In this document: one piece after another, positions 18,270-27,457 of the stretch | How positions within the stretch are numbered: position 1 is the stretch's first letter | How the letters are laid out: the number at the start of each line of letters is the position of its first letter | Origin: an uncultured Pseudomonadota bacterium | GTDB lineage: Bacteria; Myxococcota_A; Polyangia; Fen-1088 | Length of the DNA stretch: 64,000 nt | Reading direction: 5' to 3' | Assembly (NCBI GenBank): GCA_963831685.1 | Contig: CAWHRJ010000004.1 | Coordinates: 64,812-128,811, forward strand | The notes under the pieces: model-generated | The model's database searches: none | Told to the model about the DNA's origin: nothing | Seen by the model: only the letters and a program-made list of their open reading frames with translations | Program-made: the position numbers and the translations under genes

Positions 18270-20411
18270 ATGCCGAACCGATTCCGGATCATCCTCGTCG
18301 CCGCGACGATCGGCCTGCCGGCCGCGGCCGCCGCGCAGACGCCGACCAGCTACACGGCGTCGTGGACGTCGCTCAACGAGCACACGGCGGCGCCGGAGTG
18401 GTTCCAGGACGCCAAGTTCGGCGTCTACTTCCACTGGGGCGCCTACAGCGTCCCGGCGTTCTACAGCGAGTGGTACCCGCGCTGGATGTTCCAGAGCAAC
18501 GGCAACACCGGCAACGTCTACAACCACCACCTGACGACCTACGGCGACCCGCTCTCGAGCTGGGGCTACGAAAAGTTCCTGATCGGGGCCAAGGACAAGA
18601 GCGGGCACTTCACGCAGTTCGCCCCCAAGCTGGCGAGCGACGGCGGCAACTGGGATCCCAACGCCTGGGCCAAGATCTTCGTCGACGCCGGCGCCCGCTA
18701 CGCCGGCCCCAGCATGGAGCACCACGACGGGTTCTCCATGTGGGACAGCAAGGTGAACCCCTGGAACTCGGTGGCCTACGGCCCGAAGCTGAACCTGGCG
18801 CAGCTTCACGTGAACGCCTTTCGCAGCGCCGGCCTGAAGATCGTCGCCGCGCTCCACCACGCCTACCACTTCAACGGCTACTACCAGTACGTTCCGGCGC
18901 AGACTGATCCGATGTTGAAGGTCCTGTACGCGCAGACGGGCACGGCCAACGAAAACGATCTCTGGCTGGGCAAGATCAAGGAGGTCGTCGACGAGTTCCA
19001 GCCCGACATCCTCTGGCAGGACTTCGACCTGGGCCTGGTCGACCAGACGCACCTGCTCGAATCGCTGCAGTACTTCTACAACGCGGCGGTCGGCTGGGGC
19101 AAAGAGGTCGTGGCGACCTACAAGGACGGCTACAACAACCAGGGCGAGGTCTACGACTACGAGCGCGGAGGGCCCGCCAACATCACCACACCGTACTGGC
19201 TCACCGACGACGCCGTCGGCGTGAACAGCTGGTGTTACACGTCGGGGATGTCCTACTACTCGCCGCAGGCGGTGCTGGACGCGTTCATTGATCGCGTCAG
19301 CAAGGGCGGAAACCTCCTGCTCAACATCTCGCCGATGGCCGACGGAACGATCCCGAGCGAGCAGCAGACGATCCTCAGCACCATCGGCACGTTCCTGAAG
19401 CAGAACGGAACGGCGATCTACAACACCCGCGCGTGGACCGTGTACGGCGAGGGGCCGACCAAGATGGGCGGCGGCTCGTTCACCAACCCCACCGCCGGAA
19501 CCGCGAGCGACGTCCGTTACACCAAGTCCAAGGACGGCAGCACGCTGTACGCGATCTGGATGGGCTGGCCGGGCAACGGCAAGCAGGTGACGATGGCGTC
19601 GGTCACGACGACCGCGTTCCCCGTCGGAAGCGGGAAGGTGTTCCTGTTCGGCCCGACGGGCGGCTCGGCCATCCCGCTCACGTTCACCCAGGACGGCTCG
19701 GGGCTGCACGTGACGCTCCCGAGCACGCAGCCGTACGCGGCGACCGCTTACGCGATGGAGATCAGCCCCAGCGGCACGCCGCCGGCGCCGACGCCGTGGC
19801 TCATGGGGACGGGCGGCACGGGTGGGGCGGGCGGTGGGGCCGGTGGCTCTGCGGGAAGCAGCGGCGCCGGCGGGATGGGCGGGGGAGCCGGCGCGGGCAA
19901 CGGCGGCCGCGGCGGGGCGGGGCCGGGCGGCTCGTCCGGCGCTGGTGGTGTCTCTGGAACCGGCGGCGGATCGGGCGGGTCGTCCATCGGGTCTGGCGGC
20001 GCAGGAGGCGCGGGGATGATCGGAACCGGTGGGACGACAGGCGCCATCGGCGGCGCGAAGGGTTCCGGCGGCGCGACGGGCACCGGCGGTTCGACGGGGA
20101 CCGGAGGGTCCACGGGCACTGGCGGCTCGACGGGGTCCGGTGGGGTGACCGGGTCCGGTGGAGCGAACGGATCGGGTGGCGCGACGGGTGGATCTAGCGG
20201 TGAAGGGGGAACCTCCCCGGGGACCGGGGGCACCGCGAATGAAACCGGCGGGGGGAGCGGCTGCAGCTGCGACGTAATGCTCGTCGGCGCGGCCGGCGCG
20301 GAACGAATCGCCGTGTTCGTCGCGTTGGCTTTCCTTGCGCTCACGAAGCGACGGCGCGGCAGCAGACCGACGACGATGCAGGCGTGTTGCCACCGACGCC
20401 AGGCTTGGTGA
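18270..20411 (+). CDS. alpha-L-fucosidase (GH29) with Gly-rich spacer and MYXO-CTERM-type sorting tail
   Basis: GH29 N-terminal motif WFQDAKFGVYFHWGAYSVPA and WDSK. A Gly-rich region follows from about aa 510. The tail is GSGCSC + hydrophobic helix + KRRRG. Confidence 0.9.
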   Translation: MPNRFRIILVAATIGLPAAAAAQTPTSYTASWTSLNEHTAAPEWFQDAKFGVYFHWGAYSVPAFYSEWYPRWMFQSNGNTGNVYNHHLTTYGDPLSSWGYEKFLIGAKDKSGHFTQFAPKLASDGGNWDPNAWAKIFVDAGARYAGPSMEHHDGFSMWDSKVNPWNSVAYGPKLNLAQLHVNAFRSAGLKIVAALHHAYHFNGYYQYVPAQTDPMLKVLYAQTGTANENDLWLGKIKEVVDEFQPDILWQDFDLGLVDQTHLLESLQYFYNAAVGWGKEVVATYKDGYNNQGEVYDYERGGPANITTPYWLTDDAVGVNSWCYTSGMSYYSPQAVLDAFIDRVSKGGNLLLNISPMADGTIPSEQQTILSTIGTFLKQNGTAIYNTRAWTVYGEGPTKMGGGSFTNPTAGTASDVRYTKSKDGSTLYAIWMGWPGNGKQVTMASVTTTAFPVGSGKVFLFGPTGGSAIPLTFTQDGSGLHVTLPSTQPYAATAYAMEISPSGTPPAPTPWLMGTGGTGGAGGGAGGSAGSSGAGGMGGGAGAGNGGRGGAGPGGSSGAGGVSGTGGGSGGSSIGSGGAGGAGMIGTGGTTGAIGGAKGSGGATGTGGSTGTGGSTGTGGSTGSGGVTGSGGANGSGGATGGSSGEGGTSPGTGGTANETGGGSGCSCDVMLVGAAGAERIAVFVALAFLALTKRRRGSRPTTMQACCHRRQAW

Positions 20412-20423
20412 TCCTGGCCGGAG

Positions 20424-21182
20424 CTATCCGCGGACCGCCGCGACGAGCTTGCCGAGGTCCTGCTGTATCTCGGCGTTGTCGAGCTGCTCGAAGGGCACGG
20501 TTTGGACTCGCACGATCTGGTTCCGTCTCAGGTCGACGACCACCAGCGCCCCTCGCCGGACCGTGGAGTCGCCCCCTCCGGACCGGAAGAGCGCTGCGCC
20601 GACGAGCCCCCCGACGGCACCGCCGATCAGGGCCCCGGCGAGGATCGCGCTGCCGCCACGCTCTCTCCGAGCCTCCGTCTCAGAGGCTCCGCGGAAGGCT
20701 ACGAAGCAGAGGTAGTCGGCCTTGAGCGCCGGGGCCCAGCTCTGCAGCGCGCCATCGTGCAACGACCAGGCCTTCGACCAGGCCGCCAATGAATGACGGC
20801 CGTCGTCGGCGACGATTCGCTTAGTGACGGCATCCATCTCGTTATAGAAGGCGTCGCTCGTCAGCTCGGTCGGCGTGATTTCGCGCAGATCGGCCAACCG
20901 GAAGCCGCCGGAAGCGGAGAGAAAGCGGAGCCAGGTGTTCACCCGGATGCGGGCCTGCTTCGAACTCGCGTCGTCGAAGGTGAGCTCTCCGTCTTCTTCG
21001 ATCAAATACAGCGAGACCATGGCCGGCATGAAGACGACGCGGGCGTTCTGGACCCTGAAGTCGGGCGCCCGCATCGACAGCTCGTGACCGCACCCCAGCG
21101 AGAAGACCACCAACCAGACGCCGACGAGGGCCCGGATTGGGGCACGGTTCGGTAGAAGATCCCTCGCGCGGGGCCCATTCAT
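20424..21182 (-). CDS. hypothetical lipoprotein
   Basis: Signal peptide with lipobox (FSLGC), balanced composition, and a C-terminal Gly-rich hydrophobic stretch. No recognised domain. Confidence 0.6.
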   Translation of the reverse strand: MNGPRARDLLPNRAPIRALVGVWLVVFSLGCGHELSMRAPDFRVQNARVVFMPAMVSLYLIEEDGELTFDDASSKQARIRVNTWLRFLSASGGFRLADLREITPTELTSDAFYNEMDAVTKRIVADDGRHSLAAWSKAWSLHDGALQSWAPALKADYLCFVAFRGASETEARRERGGSAILAGALIGGAVGGLVGAALFRSGGGDSTVRRGALVVVDLRRNQIVRVQTVPFEQLDNAEIQQDLGKLVAAVRG

Positions 21183-21418
21183 CGGAGCAATGATATCTCG
21201 ACGGCGTCGCTCCAGAGATGCTTTGCGGGCGGTGGGGACCGCTAACCGAGATTCCGAGTAACGTCGCGACAGCCGACAAGTGCCCGGCCCTGCGGCCGCG
21301 GGCCGGACGGCCCCAGGATGAGTGCGCTACGGCTGGAGGCGCCCGGGAGTCCGTCCCCGAGATCCCCTGTCGATCCCCTGATGCTGCTTTTTCAGCAGCC
21401 TGCTAGAAGGGGCTCCGG

Positions 21419-21715
21419 TTAGCTATACTCGCCACCGCTCCGACAGCCGCCTGAATCTCCCTCTTGGGGGACGGTGCTGTAGAGGTCGGACATCTCGTCG
21501 GTTGCGTGACCGCAGATGTTCTGCCGGACGATCGCCTCGATGTCGGCGTTGCGGGCGAGGTCCTGGAAGGTTCGCCGCATCGCCCTCGGGGTGATCCGCT
21601 TGCGGAGTCGGATCGCCTTTCCCACGTCGCTGAATGGCTTGTCCAGCGCCGACGGGGAGGCACCCAGCGATGGCCTATCTCGACGTATACTCAGACCCGT
21701 GGGGGAGGACCTCAA
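21419..21715 (-). pseudogene. tyrosine recombinase (phage integrase) 3' fragment
   Basis: ITPRAMRRTFQDLARNADIEAIVRQNICGHATDEMSDLYSTV matches the C-terminal box II region (xxLRxT ... GH ... Y). The N-terminal roughly 250 aa of a normal integrase are absent. Confidence 0.6.
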
Positions 21716-22205
21716 AAGAGCCTGGCTAGCGCACTACGGTGCGCCTCTCTATGGCGAGAGCACGCTTTCGGGCCGGGCTGCGCCCGAACTGGAGAGACTC
21801 GTCGTCGACGCCCTCGGGCTCAGCCGCCGCGATCCCTCGCTGACGCGTGCGCTCCCGGTCCTGCTGTGGAGGCGCCGCGGGGACCTGGACATGGCGAAGC
21901 TGGTCCGGCTCGCCCAAGCCAAGGGCCGCGAACGTACGTTGGGGGTCTTCCTGGACCTCGCCGCGCGACTATCTGGCGATCGGCGGCTCCGAAGCGCGGC
22001 CGCGGCCCTGCGGCCGTCGTCGCAACGTCCCTCTACGAACTTCTTCACGAACCACCAGGGGGCGCTCGCGCGGGTCCTCGCCGACCAGAACACGCCGCCC
22101 GTGGCCCGCGCTTGGGGCTACCGCATGAACATGGGTATGGACGCGTTCGAGAGCATGTTCGCGAAAGCGAAGGCCACCGAGCGTGAAGCGTTACTCGCGA
22201 GCTGA
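21699..22205 (+). CDS. hypothetical protein, upstream partner of the nucleotidyltransferase-fold gene
   Basis: Natural-looking composition. The 5' part of the track ORF (from 21516) overlaps the integrase remnant, so the start is placed at the in-frame GTG 21699. It overlaps the downstream gene by 23 nt. Confidence 0.4.
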   Translation: MGEDLKRAWLAHYGAPLYGESTLSGRAAPELERLVVDALGLSRRDPSLTRALPVLLWRRRGDLDMAKLVRLAQAKGRERTLGVFLDLAARLSGDRRLRSAAAALRPSSQRPSTNFFTNHQGALARVLADQNTPPVARAWGYRMNMGMDAFESMFAKAKATEREALLAS

Positions 22206-22758
22206 GCTCGTCACCTTCCTACGTCGCGTCGACGCACGTCTGACCAAGCCAGAGGTGCTGGAGGTGATCGGTGGTGCCGCGGCCGTGCTGAAGTACGGGG
22301 CGAGCGCCCCGACGAAGGACATCGACACCTGGAACCGCGTGCCGAAGGCGGTGCAGGATGCCGCCGACGCCGTCGGGGCGATGGGGCAGGGCGTGCCGCT
22401 TGCGCCCGCCGGGTCGCGGAAGATCCCGAACGACGCCGAGCTGCGTTTCAAGACGGTCTCGATCGGGCTCAAGAAGCTCGTCGTCCGCGTGCCCGACCGC
22501 TACGACCTGGCGCTGTCGAAGACGATCCTTGGCTACGACAACGACCTCCAGGTCATCAAGGAGATGCACGAGAAGAAGCCGTTCTCGCTCAAGAGGCTCG
22601 TCGCCCTCTTCGAGACCGAGATGGACGGCGCGGTCACGAAAGATAAGCGCGCCCTGCGCCTCAACGTCGCCGTGCTCGTGGCCACCCTCTTCGGCGACGC
22701 CGAGGGCGAGAAGGTCGCTCTGCGCTGGGGGGTGGCCGTACCGAGAATCAAGACCTGA
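22183..22758 (+). CDS. minimal nucleotidyltransferase-fold protein (DUF6036/AbiEii-like look)
   Basis: The N-terminal VIGGAAAVLKYGASAPTKDIDTW fits the G-[GS]-x(9-13)-D-x-D pattern of pol-beta-type nucleotidyltransferases. Confidence 0.55.
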   Translation: MKRYSRAELVTFLRRVDARLTKPEVLEVIGGAAAVLKYGASAPTKDIDTWNRVPKAVQDAADAVGAMGQGVPLAPAGSRKIPNDAELRFKTVSIGLKKLVVRVPDRYDLALSKTILGYDNDLQVIKEMHEKKPFSLKRLVALFETEMDGAVTKDKRALRLNVAVLVATLFGDAEGEKVALRWGVAVPRIKT

Positions 22759-22976
22759 CGCTGCCGCGGTGAGGTGGGCTATCCCGCTTCCCACCACTTT
22801 TCCCACCACCTCGGCGTAACGGGGGACGTCCAGGTTGCGCCTCGGTGTGTGTTTTCGGTCGGTTAGCACTGCCCGTTACGGTCGGTTACGCCCTCCGTCG
22901 ACTTGCAAAGGTGGACGGCGTCGACTGCGCGCGCGATCGAGCATGTCGAGGCGACGCTGGCCGCGCAGCGCGCGAA

Positions 22977-24252
22977 TCAGAAGAACGTCTTCATCTGAAC
23001 GTAGAAGACCTGAGGGTAGATCCCGAACTCGTCGTAGAGCCTGAGGAGGCCCGCCGCGTCGACGGTGGGGTGGCGGCCGAGCGGGACGAGCGCGCCGCCC
23101 ACGACGTCGACGTTGTCCGACACCGACCAGACCAGCCCGGGCTGGATTCCGCCCGAGAGCGCGCCCGACGCGGCGAGCAGGCCGAGCGAGACGTGCAGCA
23201 GCGGGTGGGGGTCGTAGCTGGCGACGAGGCCGGCGACGTGACGGCTGGTCTGCAGCAGCCAGCCCTCGAGCAGCAGCGTCTGGGCGGCGACGCGGTCGGC
23301 GGGGGCGCCGCCGTTGTAGAAGTACTCGGCCTCGAGAATCGAGGCTGCTCTCGAAGCGGTGGCCCACGCCAGCCACGGCGGAGAGGGAGCTGCCGAGGGG
23401 CGAGCCCGTGGAGGCGAAGAAGCCGGCCGCTTCGGCGCGCACCGCCAGCGGTCCGAGCTCGCCGGCGGCGGCGGCGCCGGCCTGGTAGCCGCCCCGGATC
23501 TTCCCCCCCTGGGCGCCGAGGTCGAAGGCGCCGACGGTGGTGAAGGCGCGTGCCAGCGCCCCCGACTGGAACCAGCGCCCGGTCCCAGGCAGGCCCGGGT
23601 CGGGACGCCCGGCGACGCCGATGAAGGCGAGGCCCGAGAAGCTCCCCAGCGCCACGTCGAGCCGCGCGGCATCGACCCCCGCCTTGTAGTCGCGATCGAA
23701 CTCCGTCGGGCCGAACGGCAGGAAGACGTCGAGCGGGTTCCAGAAGTAGGTCTTGCCGAAACCGACGGCCTGGCGCCCGAGCGTCAGATCGAAGCGGCCG
23801 CGCGAGAGCTTCACGTCGGCGCGATCGAGGAAAAGGGTGGCGGTGACGTCCCCCTCGGCGGCCCAGTCCCAGCTGGCGGGGACCACCCGGTAGGGGACCC
23901 AGACCGGAACGGCGCCCAGCAACCCCCCCGCGGTGACGCCGCCCGCGGCGGCGGGCGGGAAGGTGCTCACCAGCAGCCGCTGCACCCCTTGCACCTCGTA
24001 GGCGAAGGTGGGCGAGGGGCGCCCCGCGGCGCCGAGGCGGAGATCGAGATCTTCGAACCCGTCGGCGAGGTTGCCGGGGCCGAACAGCTCCGGCGCGTCG
24101 TAGTTGTGAGAGGCGGCCGTCGTTCCGCGCAGGCTGCCGGAGAGGGCGAACGCGCGCGCGCTGTCGCCCATGCCGAGGTCGGGCTCCGCCGCGCGTCCGG
24201 CCCTGGCCGCCAGCGGCAGCAGCAAGAGCGCCACGGCGGGCGCGCGCCTCAC
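22977..24252 (-). pseudogene. outer-membrane beta-barrel protein, apparently interrupted by a 1-nt frameshift near 23345
   Basis: GTG 24252 overlaps the ATPase stop (GTGA) and is followed by a signal peptide (VALLLLPLAARAGRA). The frame A text ...AVAGVGHRFESSL continues sensibly only in another frame as ILEAEYFYNGG...YVQMKTFF (C-terminal Phe-Phe). Confidence 0.6.
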
Positions 24253-24965
24253 ACGAACCCCGAGGCGTCCGGCGGGCCGTCGTAGGAGAGGGCGCCGTCG
24301 GTGAGCACGAGCAGCCGGCGGGCGCGCGCGAGGACGTTGCGGTCGTGCGAGGAGAACAGGAAGGTGATCCCCTTCTCGCGGTTCAGCTCCTCGATCAGAT
24401 CGAGCAGCGCCGCGCCGGTCTTGGAGTCGAGGTTGGCGGTCGGCTCGTCCGCCAGCACCAGCGCCGGCTCGGCCACGATCGCCCGCGCGATGGCCACCCG
24501 CTGCTGCTGGCCGCCCGAGAGCTCGCGCGGGAAGCGGTGCTCGAGCCCGCCGAGGCCCACCCGCGCCAGCACGGCCATGACCGGAGCGTGTCGCTCGGCC
24601 GGGGAGAGCCCGCGCAGCATGAGCACGTACTCGGCGTTCTCGTACGCGGTCAGGACCGGCAGGAGGTTGTACGACTGGAAGACGAAGCCGATCTTCTCGA
24701 GCCGCAGGTGGCTCGCCTCCGATCCCGACAGGTCGGTGATGTCCCGCCCGGCGACCACCACCCGCCCGTGCGTCGGCCGGTCGAGGCCCCCCACGATGTT
24801 GAGCAGCGTGCTCTTCCCCGATCCCGACGGCCCGGCGACGGCGGTCAGCTCGCCCGATCCGATCTCCAGATCGATCCCGCGCAGCGCGGTGACGGCCAGC
24901 TCGCCCTCCCCGTAGATCTTGCTGATCCCGTTCAAGCTGACGATGGTCGGCATGTCGGCGCTCAT
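24249..24965 (-). CDS. ABC transporter ATP-binding protein (MacB/LolD type)
   Basis: Walker A GPSGSGKST, signature LSGGQQQR, Walker B LVLADEPT. Confidence 0.9.
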   Translation of the reverse strand: MSADMPTIVSLNGISKIYGEGELAVTALRGIDLEIGSGELTAVAGPSGSGKSTLLNIVGGLDRPTHGRVVVAGRDITDLSGSEASHLRLEKIGFVFQSYNLLPVLTAYENAEYVLMLRGLSPAERHAPVMAVLARVGLGGLEHRFPRELSGGQQQRVAIARAIVAEPALVLADEPTANLDSKTGAALLDLIEELNREKGITFLFSSHDRNVLARARRLLVLTDGALSYDGPPDASGFV

Positions 24966-26200
24966 CCCCGCAGCACGTCGGCGATGCCAATCCGCCGCAG
25001 TTGCACGAGCGGCACCAGCGACACCACCACGGTGGCGGCGAAGACGACCGCCCCCAGATCGCCGAGCCGCTCCGCCGTCACCTGGGCGTGGATGACAGTG
25101 TCGATCGCGAAGCCCGAGACGGTCACGTCGGCGGCGTAGAAATGGCGCATGTCGAGACCATGCACCTGGAGCGCGTAGCCGGCGAGGCCCCCCACGGTCA
25201 GCCCGACGGCGCAGCCGAGGAGCCCGAGCAGGATCGATTCGACCAGCACCTGCTCGCCGAGGAGGGCCCTACCGGCGCCGAGCGCCAGCTGCACCGCGAA
25301 CTCGCGCGTCCGCTCGAGCACCGACATGGTGATGGTGTTGAAGACGGTGAACAGGCTCAAGAAGATGAGGATCCCCTGAAAGATGAAGTTCGATCCGCGA
25401 TCGATCCGGATATAGGCGGCCAGGTCGGGGAGCACCTCCTCCCAGGTGCGCACCGCCGCGCCGGCCGGTGCCAGCGCGCGCAGGGCGGGCAGCAGCCGGT
25501 CGCGATCGCGCGGATCGCCGAGCACGATCGCCAGGCGGGTGGCGGCGTCGGGCCCAAGCCCGTAGAGGCGGCGCGCGAAGGCGAGAGGGACCTGGGCGAG
25601 ATAGGTGTCCGCCTCGTCGGAGCCGACGCGGAAGAGGCCGGCGACGTGGACCAGCTCCTCGACCAGCGCGCCGCGCGCGTCGTTGGTGGTGACGACCAGC
25701 TTGTCGCCGACCCCCACCTTGAGGCGCTCGGCCAGCTTGACGCCGACGACGATGCGCGCGCCGTCCTCGGGCGCCAGGTAGCGCCCGGCGACGATCCGGC
25801 CGGCCAGCGGAGAGGTGGCGCGCTCGACGGCCGGCTCGACCCCCACCACGGCCGCGCCGACCGCCCCGGCCCCGGACTGGATCACCCCCTGGCCGAGCAC
25901 CATCGCCTTGGTCCGGGCGACGCCGGGCAGGCGGGCGATGCGCGCCCGCAGCGCGGAGACGCCCTCGATCCGCAGGTCGACGGCCGGCGCCGCCTCGTAG
26001 CGGGCGTCCTCGATGGTCAGGTGCCCGCCGTGCATCCGGGCGGCGTCGTCGACCAGCCCCCGGTAGACGCCGTCGCCGAGCGCGATGAAGAACACCGCCA
26101 GCGCGAGCGAAAAGCCGATCGCGCTCACGCTGATTGCCGTGCGGCGCCGGTTCCGGCCCAGCGATCGCCAGGCGATCTTGAGGAGGGTGCCCGCGCCCAT
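24962..26200 (-). CDS. ABC transporter permease, FtsX/MacB-like
   Basis: The N-terminal IAWRSLGRNRRRT motif, a large periplasmic loop and a C-terminal FtsX-type 3-TM bundle. Overlaps the ATPase start by 4 nt. Confidence 0.85.
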   Translation of the reverse strand: MGAGTLLKIAWRSLGRNRRRTAISVSAIGFSLALAVFFIALGDGVYRGLVDDAARMHGGHLTIEDARYEAAPAVDLRIEGVSALRARIARLPGVARTKAMVLGQGVIQSGAGAVGAAVVGVEPAVERATSPLAGRIVAGRYLAPEDGARIVVGVKLAERLKVGVGDKLVVTTNDARGALVEELVHVAGLFRVGSDEADTYLAQVPLAFARRLYGLGPDAATRLAIVLGDPRDRDRLLPALRALAPAGAAVRTWEEVLPDLAAYIRIDRGSNFIFQGILIFLSLFTVFNTITMSVLERTREFAVQLALGAGRALLGEQVLVESILLGLLGCAVGLTVGGLAGYALQVHGLDMRHFYAADVTVSGFAIDTVIHAQVTAERLGDLGAVVFAATVVVSLVPLVQLRRIGIADVLRG

Positions 26201-26205
26201 CGCCG

Positions 26206-27450
26206 CTACACCTGGTTCATGGCTTCGACGGGATCGAGGCGCGCGACCTTGATCGCCGGGTAGAGCGAGGCCAGCAGGCAGGCGGCGGTGGTGGCGACGA
26301 CCGCGTCCACCACCGCCTGCGGGCGCAGGTAGCCGCGCCAGACGGGATCGAAGGCGATCCCCGAGAAGGTGATGTCGCCGCCGCCGAGCGCCGAGAGATC
26401 GATCCCCACCCGCTGCATCCAGACCGCGCCCGCGACGCCCAGCGCGACCCCCAGCGCGTTGGCCACCAGCGAGAGCAGCGCGGCCTCGACGAGCACGTCG
26501 CGGAAGATGCGCAGCCGGCCGGCCCCCAGCGCCTTGACGAGCCCGTACTCGCGGACGCGATCGTGGGTCGCCATCAGCATCGTGTTGAGCACGCCGAGGC
26601 CGGCCGCCAGCAGGAAGACCAGCCCGAACAGGAACATCGTGGCGCCGCTCAGATTCTGCATGTCGGAGATCGCCGGCAGGAGCTGGCGCCAGGTGACGAT
26701 CTCCATCCCGCGCGCCGGCAGGTCAGCGTAGAGCGCGACCAGCGCCTCGGGCGACAGCCGGCCGCGGCTGTCGAGCGCGATCTCGTGGACCCGCCCGCCG
26801 GCGACGAACAGCCGGTCCAGCTCCTCGCGGTGCATGAAGACGGCGCCGCGGTCGATGTCGTCCCCCACCGTTTGCAGGATCCCCACCACCTCGTAGAGCT
26901 CGTTCCCCAGCGAGCCGTCGGCGGCCTGCACGACCGCCACCAGCTCGGAGCCGACGCTCGCCTCGAGGCTCCGCGCCAGCTTGCGTCCGAGCACCACCTC
27001 GGCGGCCGGCGCGTCGGACAGGAAGCGCCCCGCCGCCAGGTGCCGCGGAAGATCGAAAGTCGCCCGCTCGGCGGCCGGATCGACGCCCCAGAAGGACGCG
27101 CCCGCCGACTTCGCGCCCGCCGACAGGAGCCCGACGCCGAACGTGCGCGGCGCCGCGGGGATCCCGTGCGCGCGCGCCCGCGCCAGCAGCGCGTCCGGAT
27201 CCGAGACCGCTTGGTACATCGACCGCTCGGCGCGATAGCCGGCGGCGTGAATCTCCACCTCGCCCACCACCATCTCGGTCGCGTTGTGGATCGTCTGCCG
27301 GGCGAAGCCGGCGAACAGGGCGTCGGACGCGATGAGGACCGCGGTGTTGAACAGGACGGCGGCGACGGTGATTGCCGTGCGGCGGTTGTTGCGCAGCAGG
27401 TTTCGCCAGGCGATCCGCAACACGTGCAGGGGGCCCTGTCCCATCGTCAT
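26206..27450 (-). CDS. ABC transporter permease, FtsX/MacB-like (second copy)
   Basis: IAWRNLLRNNRRT, with the same architecture as 24962-26200. Confidence 0.85.
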   Translation of the reverse strand: MTMGQGPLHVLRIAWRNLLRNNRRTAITVAAVLFNTAVLIASDALFAGFARQTIHNATEMVVGEVEIHAAGYRAERSMYQAVSDPDALLARARAHGIPAAPRTFGVGLLSAGAKSAGASFWGVDPAAERATFDLPRHLAAGRFLSDAPAAEVVLGRKLARSLEASVGSELVAVVQAADGSLGNELYEVVGILQTVGDDIDRGAVFMHREELDRLFVAGGRVHEIALDSRGRLSPEALVALYADLPARGMEIVTWRQLLPAISDMQNLSGATMFLFGLVFLLAAGLGVLNTMLMATHDRVREYGLVKALGAGRLRIFRDVLVEAALLSLVANALGVALGVAGAVWMQRVGIDLSALGGGDITFSGIAFDPVWRGYLRPQAVVDAVVATTAACLLASLYPAIKVARLDPVEAMNQV

Positions 27451-27457
27451 GGGCGGC

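Noticed and set aside
21281-21312. GC-rich palindromic stretch cccggccctgcggccgcgggccgg, resembling the 23-nt repeat at 14831 and 16571.
   Set aside because: It shares only the ccctgcgg core. It is not a convincing third copy.
21183-21420. Searched next to the integrase fragment for a tRNA gene or att repeat.
   Set aside because: There is no cloverleaf-compatible sequence and no T-loop-like GGTTCGAATCC motif. Only a 6-bp hairpin is present (21383-21399, gctgct-ttttc-agcagc), and it has no U-tract.
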